Of a stretch of 64,000 nucleotides of DNA, positions 57,907-64,000 are shown piece after piece; the first letter of the stretch is position 1, and each line of letters opens with the position of its first letter. Under the pieces are notes generated by a model. It did not search any database, had not been told where the DNA came from, and saw nothing but the letters and a program-made list of their open reading frames with translations. Source of the DNA: Croceibacterium sp. (GTDB lineage: Bacteria > Pseudomonadota > Alphaproteobacteria > Sphingomonadales > Sphingomonadaceae). The position numbers and the translations under genes are program-made. Location of the stretch: contig DATIQN010000006.1 of NCBI GenBank assembly GCA_035470785.1, positions 11,111 through 75,110 on the forward strand, in the 5' to 3' direction.

Positions 57907-58712
57907 GCCGGCCTTATTCGACGCAAGTGGAGCGGGCCGAAGGCATCTTCCTGCCGCAGCTCGGCCTTGCCGAGCCGCGCCAGCTCGAGCGCGGCGACGA
58001 AGCTGGAGGCGAGTGCCGAGCGGCGCAACCGCGGCTCGGCGAGCGCAGGCAAGAAATCACTGAGCTCCATCCAGTCAAGCGTGACGCCGAGCATCGCCGA
58101 GACCCGGTCGAGCGCGGAGTCGAGCGTCATGACCATCCGGTCGCGCACCATGTGCACCACCGGCTCGGTGCGCAGCTTGACCTGACCGTAGGCGTAAACC
58201 AGCGCGTACCATTCGCATTGCCAGGCGTTGACTCGGTCGACCCGTAGACCTTCGGGTGCTCCGCGCAAGAACACGTCGCGGCCAATGCGGTCGCGCGCGA
58301 GCAGCCGCGCGGCGGCTTCGCGCATCGCACCGAGCCGCTGCAGGCGTAGCTGCAGGCGGAGCGCCAGTTCCTCGGGGCTCGGGTCTTCCTGCTCGTCCTT
58401 GGGCAGGAGCAGCGCCGACTTGAGGTAGGCGAGCCAGGCGGCCATCACCAGGTAATCGGCGGCGATCTCGAGCCGCAGCGCCGCGGCGCGTTCGATGTAG
58501 AGAATGTACTGGTCGACCAGCGCGAGGATCGAGATCTGCCTGAGGTCGACCTTTTGCCGCCGGGCGAGATCGAGCAGCAAGTCGAGCGGGCCTTCCCAAC
58601 CGTCGAGCTCGAGATACAGCGCCGAATCGTCGCTCGGCGCCGCGCCGGGGCCGTCCCAATCGGAATCGGGCGCAATCGCTTCTGGCTCGAACAGCAGGTC
58701 CTCGTCGGTCAT
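57903..58712 (-). CDS. scpA: segregation and condensation protein A
   Basis: 269 aa kleisin (LELDGWEGPLDLLLDLARRQKVDL). There is an ATGA overlap with the nagZ stop. Confidence 0.93.
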   Translation of the reverse strand: MTDEDLLFEPEAIAPDSDWDGPGAAPSDDSALYLELDGWEGPLDLLLDLARRQKVDLRQISILALVDQYILYIERAAALRLEIAADYLVMAAWLAYLKSALLLPKDEQEDPSPEELALRLQLRLQRLGAMREAAARLLARDRIGRDVFLRGAPEGLRVDRVNAWQCEWYALVYAYGQVKLRTEPVVHMVRDRMVMTLDSALDRVSAMLGVTLDWMELSDFLPALAEPRLRRSALASSFVAALELARLGKAELRQEDAFGPLHLRRIRPA

Positions 58713-59725
58713 GCGTGGTGCCTCGCGAGCTCGAGCAAGGCGTCGCGCTTGGCGATCAGGGTCGCATGCTCGCCCGCCGGTTCGCCGCCGGTTGTCGCGA
58801 GGGCCCGGTCGAGCCGCGCCGCCGCCTCAGGCGAAATCCCCGGCAACGCGCTAGCGACGGCGGCCATGTCGCCGACCTCGCCATGGCAATTGAGAACCAC
58901 GTCGCAGCCCGCCGCCAGCGCCTTGACGCCGCGCTCGGGAATGCTGCCGTTGAGCGCCTCCATGTAGATGTCGTCGCTGAGCAACAAGCCGGCAAAGCCG
59001 ATCCGCTTCCGGATGATCTCGCGCACGACGAACTCGGACTGCGTCGCCGGGTTCTTGGCGTCCCACGCGGTGTAGCGAAGGTGCGCGGTCATGCCGATCG
59101 TTGCGTGGGCCAGCGTGCGGAATGGCTCGATGTCGGTCTCGAGTTCGGTGTCGCTGGCCTCGACCGTCGGCAGTTCCTTGTGGCTGTCCGACCGTGCCCG
59201 GCCATGGCCGGGCATGTGCTTGATGCAGCCCGCAACGCCCGCCCGCGCCAGCCCGTCGAGGATGGCCCGGCCGAGCGCCGCGACCTGCATCGGTTCGCTG
59301 CCGAGCGCGCGGTCGCCGATCACGTCGTGCGTGCCGGGTAGGCGAACATCGAGCACCGGCCAGTAGTCTACCGTGATCCCGGCCTCGGCCAGGTCGATCC
59401 CGAGCGCCTCAGCATTGGCCCGCGCGGCTTCGATCGCGCTGGCCGGGGCGATGTCCCACAGCTTGGCGAAAGCCTCGCCCGGCGGGTACTTCTCCCACTC
59501 AGGTGGTTTCATCCGGGCGACCCGGCCGCCTTCCTGGTCGATCGAGATCAGCAGCCGCTCGCGACCGTGGATCGCGCGCAAGGCGTTGGTCAACGCGCGG
59601 AGCTGCTCGCGGCTCTCGACGTTGCGGGCGAACAGGATATAGCCCGCCGGGTCGGCCTCGCGGAAGAAAGCGCGCTCTTCGTCGGTCAGGACCAGACCCG
59701 AAAGGCCGAAAATCGCGGGCGTCAT
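58709..59725 (-). CDS. nagZ: beta-N-acetylhexosaminidase (GH3, NagZ)
   Basis: Start taken at ATG 59725 (MTPAIFGLSGLVLTDEERAFF). The GH3 motifs IDQEGGRVAR and KHMPGHGR are present. The ORF-track start at 59761 is a TTG. Confidence 0.92.
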   Translation of the reverse strand: MTPAIFGLSGLVLTDEERAFFREADPAGYILFARNVESREQLRALTNALRAIHGRERLLISIDQEGGRVARMKPPEWEKYPPGEAFAKLWDIAPASAIEAARANAEALGIDLAEAGITVDYWPVLDVRLPGTHDVIGDRALGSEPMQVAALGRAILDGLARAGVAGCIKHMPGHGRARSDSHKELPTVEASDTELETDIEPFRTLAHATIGMTAHLRYTAWDAKNPATQSEFVVREIIRKRIGFAGLLLSDDIYMEALNGSIPERGVKALAAGCDVVLNCHGEVGDMAAVASALPGISPEAAARLDRALATTGGEPAGEHATLIAKRDALLELARHHA

Positions 59726-59799
59726 CCTCGGGAGAGTCGCAGGAAACACCCGCTCGGGCAAGTTTGTGCAGCTTTCGCGGTGTGGACAGTAACCACAGG

Positions 59800-60717
59800 C
59801 TAGATCGGATAGCCGAGCTCCGCCAGCGGCAAGTCGCGCAGTTCGGCGAGTCGGCGATTGCTCGGCGCGTAGTAGCGCTCGATTTCCTCGACCACCCGCC
59901 GCGGCAAGCGGAACGGCTCGCCGGGCACCACCTTGAGGAAGAAGCGCACGGCATTGCGAATCGCGTGACCGCCCGGCGGGTCCATGGCCCAGTCCTTGTT
60001 GGCAACCGACTGGCGGGTGAAGCGATTGGCGAAGCGCAGGGCGTTCATGCCCCGCTCGCTGTGCGAGACGTTGGCGCCGCGCTTAGAAATGACGCCGGGC
60101 GGAAAGTGGATGCCGAGGTCATCCTCGAGACGCTCGAAAAGCGCCTCGGGCTGCCTGAGCCCTTCATACGGATATACGAACACGTTCTCGCGGCTGAACA
60201 GGCCATCGTAGAGCGCGATCAGCCGGTCGAACTCGAAGTGCTCCCATTCGAATGCGGGCGCCTTGAACGGGGCTCTCAGCGCCCCGTAGACGCGGTCGTA
60301 AGTGTGCAGGTATTTGTCGAGTCCATATGTTCCGCCACCGGCGACATACTGGCTGTAGCTCGCGCGGATGGCATCGGGCTGGTTGCGGATGAAGATCACG
60401 ATCCGCGCCTCCGGCAGCACGGCGTGAATGCGCCGCGCCATCTCGGGACCGATCAGCCCATGCAGTCCGCCGTTGTGGATGTAGCCCGAAAGGTTCTCCT
60501 CGCTGAGCACGACGGGCTTGGAGCGTGTATCGAGCCCCAGCACACGCCGCGCCTCGGCCGGGTTGAAGTGCATGCCGGGCGGATTGAGCAGCGCTTCCTG
60601 CGTGATCTTGCGCGGAACCCAGTCCTGGCTGGCCAGCGAGGGCCAGATGCTCTTCTGGAACCACGTTGTCGCGGTCTTGTGGTAGCCGACATGGACGATC
60701 GGGCGCGCCTGCTGCAT
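59800..60717 (-). CDS. PAPS-dependent sulfotransferase family protein (stand-alone)
   Basis: 305 aa. The 5'-PSB-like motif is HVGYHKTATTWF and the 3'-PB-like motif is FIRNQPDAIRASYSQ. No signal peptide is visible. It is flanked by 39-74-bp and 50-bp gaps, unlike the overlapping neighbours. Confidence 0.8.
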   Translation of the reverse strand: MQQARPIVHVGYHKTATTWFQKSIWPSLASQDWVPRKITQEALLNPPGMHFNPAEARRVLGLDTRSKPVVLSEENLSGYIHNGGLHGLIGPEMARRIHAVLPEARIVIFIRNQPDAIRASYSQYVAGGGTYGLDKYLHTYDRVYGALRAPFKAPAFEWEHFEFDRLIALYDGLFSRENVFVYPYEGLRQPEALFERLEDDLGIHFPPGVISKRGANVSHSERGMNALRFANRFTRQSVANKDWAMDPPGGHAIRNAVRFFLKVVPGEPFRLPRRVVEEIERYYAPSNRRLAELRDLPLAELGYPI

Positions 60718-60767
60718 CGCCGCCCTCTAGCGGCACTTGCTCGCGCGGAACAGTCAGCCCTGCACGG

Positions 60768-61472
60768 TCAGTTCTTGACCTGGCAATCCCCGCCCTGGCT
60801 TTGCAAGGCGCTGCATAGCGCTTGCGCCGCCTTCACGTCGCCTGAAACAGCTTGCAAGCGGAAGATCGGACTGCCGTCGACCGTAGCTTGAATCACGCGA
60901 TGGCTCACCCCGCTCAGCGCCGGATAGCGCGTGCTGAGTGTCGACCAGCCGGCTTCCGCCTTGTCTTGCGATGAATAGGCGCCGACTTGCACGCCGACTC
61001 CGCCGGTTGCAGGCGAGGCGGCTGGCCCGCTGCCCGACTGGTTGCGGTCGATGCTCGGGCGCGGCGCTTCGCCGCCGTCGGCGACCTTCCCCTGCGGTTC
61101 CTTGCCTTCGGCGACCGCGAAACTGGTATCTCCGGTGCCCACGGCCTCCGAGCCGCCGGGCTTGGCCGGTTTGGTCTTGTAGGGGCCAGCGGGGGCGTGG
61201 ATGGTGCTGCCATCGGCAACCATCGAGGTCTGGGAGCGATCGCGGAAGAACCACCACAAAGCTCCGATGACCAGTCCGAGGACGACGAGCGAGACCACCA
61301 CGAAGGTCACCACGCGGCCGGTATCGACGCCCGGTTTCTCGGCATCGTCGTCGGCCTCGAGCCACGGCAGCCGTTCGTCCTCATGGGCAAACGCCAGCTC
61401 TTCGGGCTCGATTACGCCGTCGTCGTCGAGATCGGCCGGACCGCCTCCACCGCTTTTGCCGCCTGCCTGCAT
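60768..61472 (-). CDS. SPOR domain-containing protein
   Basis: Start taken at ATG 61472, one nt after the argS stop. There is an acidic N-region, one TM segment (VVTFVVVSLVVLGLVIGALWWFF) and a C-terminal SPOR domain (VGVQVGAYSSQDKAEAGWSTL...FRLQAVSGDVKAAQALC). Confidence 0.85.
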   Translation of the reverse strand: MQAGGKSGGGGPADLDDDGVIEPEELAFAHEDERLPWLEADDDAEKPGVDTGRVVTFVVVSLVVLGLVIGALWWFFRDRSQTSMVADGSTIHAPAGPYKTKPAKPGGSEAVGTGDTSFAVAEGKEPQGKVADGGEAPRPSIDRNQSGSGPAASPATGGVGVQVGAYSSQDKAEAGWSTLSTRYPALSGVSHRVIQATVDGSPIFRLQAVSGDVKAAQALCSALQSQGGDCQVKN

Positions 61473-61473
61473 C

Positions 61474-63219
61474 CTACAGCTCCTCGACGGCCTCCACTCC
61501 CAGGATGGCAAGGCCGTTGCGGACAACCTGCCCGATTTGCTCGGCGAGGAAAAGTCTTGCGCTTGAAAGGGCTGGGTCGTGTGCCACGATGATGCGCTTT
61601 ACCGGATCGTCGTTGCCCATGTTCCAGAAGGCATGGAACGCTGCCGCGAGGTCGTAGAGGAAGAAGGCGATGCGATGCGCTTCGCGGGCCTGCGAGGCCG
61701 CCTCGACAGTGCGCGGGAATTGCGCGGCGAGCTTGACCAGGGCCAATTCGTCCGGCCCCAGTCGATCGAGGTACTCGGCCGACGGCGCCAAGCCCTCGGG
61801 TGCGGCCTTGCGCAGAGTCGAGCGAATCCGCGCGTGGGCGTACTGGACGTAGAACACCGGGTTGTCCTTCGACGCCTCGACCACCTTGGCGAAATCGAAG
61901 TCCATCTGCGCTTCGGGCTTGCGGGTCAGCATGGTGAAGCGGACCACGTCCTTGCCGACCTCCTCGACCATGTCGGCAATGGTGACGAAGTTGCCCGAAC
62001 GCTTCGACATCTTGACCGGCTCGCCGCCGCGCAGCAGCTGGACCATCTGGACCAGCTTGACGTCGAAATGGATCGGCCGGTTGCGCCCTTCGCTCAACGC
62101 GGCGACGGCGGCCTTGATGCGCTTGACCGTGCCTGCGTGGTCCGCGCCCCAGATGTCGATCAGCTCGTCGGCGGTGTCGGCCTTCTGCATGTGATAGGCC
62201 AGGTCGGCGCCGAAATAGGTCCAGGTGCCGTCGCTCTTGCGGATCGGGCGGTCCTGGTCGTCGCCGAACTTGGTCGCACGGAACAGCGGCAGTTCGACCG
62301 GCTCCCAGTCGTCGGCCGGCTTGCCCTTGGGCGCTTCGAGCTCGCCGTCGTAGACAAGGTCGTGCGCCCGCAGCCAAGCCTCGGCCTCGGCCGGCTTGCC
62401 GGCGCGCTGCAGTTCGGCCTCGGAGGCAAATACGTCGTGGCGGATGCCGAGCAGCGCCAGATCGGCGCGGATCATATCCATCATCGCCGCGACCGCGCGT
62501 TCGCGGAACAGCTCGAGCCAATCTTCCTCTGCTGCATCGGCGTAACGGTCGCCGAACTCCTTCGCCAACGCCTGGCCGATCGGAACCAGGTATTCGCCGG
62601 GATACATTCCGCCGGGAATTTCGCCGATGTCGTGGCCGAGGGCTTCGCGGTACCGAAGGTGGACCGAGCGGGCGAGCGTCTGCACCTGCGCGCCCGCGTC
62701 ATTGACGTAGTATTCGCGGATCACCTTGTGCCCGACGAACTCGAGCAGGCTCGCCAAAGCGTCACCGACCACAGCACCCCGGCAATGACCCATGTGCATC
62801 GGCCCGGTGGGATTAGCCGAGACGTATTCGATATTGACGATGCGCCCGGCTCCCATGCTCGAGCGTCCGTAATCGTTGCCGAGCGCGGGAATCGCGCGCA
62901 GCTCGTCGCGCCAGGTGCCGTCGGTCAAGCGCAGGTTGATGAAGCCTGGTCCGGCGATCTCGGCGCTCGCGACCGCCGGGTCGGCGGTGAGCTTGTCGAC
63001 GATCGCGTCCGCCAGTGCGCGCGGGTTCGTGGCCGCGGGCTTGGCCAGGACCATCGCCGCGTTGGTGGCGAGGTCGCCATGCGACGGGTCGCGCGGCGGC
63101 TCGACGCTGACGTTGGCGCGCGAAAGGCCGGCGGGCAATGTGCCGGCGGCCTCCAGCGAATCGAGCACGGCGTCGAGCCTGGCCGAGAAGGCAGTGTAAA
63201 GGGTTTGCGGTTGAGCCAT
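61474..63219 (-). CDS. argS: arginine--tRNA ligase
   Basis: 581 aa class I aaRS. It has the HIGH-type motif (PTGPMHMGH), an MSKRSG (KMSKS-like) motif and a DALR anticodon-binding domain. Confidence 0.97.
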   Translation of the reverse strand: MAQPQTLYTAFSARLDAVLDSLEAAGTLPAGLSRANVSVEPPRDPSHGDLATNAAMVLAKPAATNPRALADAIVDKLTADPAVASAEIAGPGFINLRLTDGTWRDELRAIPALGNDYGRSSMGAGRIVNIEYVSANPTGPMHMGHCRGAVVGDALASLLEFVGHKVIREYYVNDAGAQVQTLARSVHLRYREALGHDIGEIPGGMYPGEYLVPIGQALAKEFGDRYADAAEEDWLELFRERAVAAMMDMIRADLALLGIRHDVFASEAELQRAGKPAEAEAWLRAHDLVYDGELEAPKGKPADDWEPVELPLFRATKFGDDQDRPIRKSDGTWTYFGADLAYHMQKADTADELIDIWGADHAGTVKRIKAAVAALSEGRNRPIHFDVKLVQMVQLLRGGEPVKMSKRSGNFVTIADMVEEVGKDVVRFTMLTRKPEAQMDFDFAKVVEASKDNPVFYVQYAHARIRSTLRKAAPEGLAPSAEYLDRLGPDELALVKLAAQFPRTVEAASQAREAHRIAFFLYDLAAAFHAFWNMGNDDPVKRIIVAHDPALSSARLFLAEQIGQVVRNGLAILGVEAVEEL

Positions 63220-63265
63220 GGCGCGCGCCGTTACCCTGTTTGGCGCGAGGGGGAAAGGCGCGCGG

Positions 63266-63913
63266 TCAGCGGGTGGCGTTGTAGGCCAGCTGGTCGTTGC
63301 TCAACTGAAAGCCGACGAGCAATTCGAAGTTGGCCCGGTCTAGCGCGGCGCGAATGTCCGGCTCGCTCAGTGGATCGACCGCCGCCTCGGCTTCGCCGGA
63401 CTTGCGCTTGCGGGTAATCCGCTCGCGAATGTCGGACGGCAGCGTTGCCGCGGCGCTATCGATATACGCCGCGCCCGAGCCGCTCGCCTGCGCGCGCGCC
63501 TGGCCATCGGCGAAGTTCAGTGTCACGGTTCCGACCCGCTTCGCGGTCACCGCGCTGCCGCCGCGCACGACGGCCGTGAAGTAAGGCAGCTGCACGGTGC
63601 GCGCGCCGCGCGTGTCGCGCCGCAGGCCAAGCACGTCGAAGTTGGCCGCCGCATAGACCTTTTGACCCGAATCGTTGCACGTCGTGCGAACGTTGGTCAT
63701 CGTCGCGGTAACGTCGATCGCGTCGGCAGTACGCGAGGCAGGCGGCGTGAACAGCGTGACGTCGCCGGTGTAGTCGGGAATCCCGACCGCCGGGCAGGTG
63801 GTACGCAACGCGGTGATGCCGACACCTTCCTGGATCACGATGTCGCCTTCGTGATGGCAGCCAGCCAGCGCAGTGGCGGCAAGCCCGGAAATCGCGGCAG
63901 TCCGAAATCTCAT
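63266..63913 (-). CDS. lipoprotein of unknown function
   Basis: Start taken at ATG 63913 (MRFRTAAISGLAATALAGC, lipobox LAGC). The product is 215 aa and I recognise no family. Confidence 0.6.
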   Translation of the reverse strand: MRFRTAAISGLAATALAGCHHEGDIVIQEGVGITALRTTCPAVGIPDYTGDVTLFTPPASRTADAIDVTATMTNVRTTCNDSGQKVYAAANFDVLGLRRDTRGARTVQLPYFTAVVRGGSAVTAKRVGTVTLNFADGQARAQASGSGAAYIDSAAATLPSDIRERITRKRKSGEAEAAVDPLSEPDIRAALDRANFELLVGFQLSNDQLAYNATR

Positions 63914-64000
63914 GCGTCGTCCTCGTCCAGAATGCCCCAAGGCGCTAGGCCCCTAGCCCTTTCGCCGTGGCGGCACAACGGCTAGAGGCGCCATGATGAA

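Noticed and set aside
61579-63417. 612-aa ORF on the plus strand
   Set aside because: It is antisense to argS, which has clear class I aaRS motifs. It has no motifs of its own and is a GC artefact.

Overview
This is a high-GC segment (roughly two-thirds G+C by eye, not computed) of an alphaproteobacterial chromosome. Gene order and protein features fit Sphingomonadales best. It reads as core genome. I saw no transposase, integrase, phage gene, CRISPR array, rRNA or recognisable defence or secondary-metabolite cluster.

The centre of the window (9045-28062, minus strand) is a complete dcw division/cell-wall cluster: mraZ-rsmH-ftsL-ftsI-murE-murF-mraY-murD-ftsW-murG-murC-murB-ddl-ftsQ-ftsA-ftsZ. 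Almost every junction has overlapping stop and start codons.

Left of the cluster:
- a truncated EF-hand protein and an NDUFA9-like SDR
- proB, obg and tRNA-Ala(CGC)
- an orphan lipoprotein with a run of 14 prolines
- a BI-1/YccA protein, proC and a YbjN-like protein
- a TPR+SPOR protein

Right of the cluster:
- a small membrane protein, a CysK-like enzyme and a 2Fe-2S ferredoxin
- alkA-like, S9 peptidase, pirin, SDR and pterin-4a-carbinolamine dehydratase genes
- ccmAB, a YdcZ-like transporter, map and a DUF3298-type lipoprotein
- an M17 aminopeptidase, an SH3b protein, argC and glnB-glnA
- an orphan secreted protein, then tamB-tamA-bpt
- ilvA, a HIBADH-like dehydrogenase and an exported amidohydrolase
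- tatCBA, scpBA, nagZ, a lone sulfotransferase, a SPOR protein, argS and a lipoprotein

I did not find a convincing multi-gene novel system. The most noteworthy items are:
- a 10-bp-phased GGGGA x3 direct repeat upstream of mraZ, a candidate MraZ operator
- a perfect DnaA box upstream of ftsZ and an 8/9 box upstream of mraZ
- a sulfotransferase gene inserted in the argS-SPOR-nagZ-scpAB-tatABC block
- two orphan exported proteins: the P14-tethered lipoprotein and a 416-aa secreted protein after tamAB
- a three-hairpin REP-like element
- a sigma54-like promoter upstream of glnB

Many long ORFs in the supplied track are antisense or 5'-extended artefacts typical of high-GC DNA, and I rejected them. 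Start codons were refined by eye from N-terminal homology, SD-like motifs and stop/start overlaps, so they carry some uncertainty.
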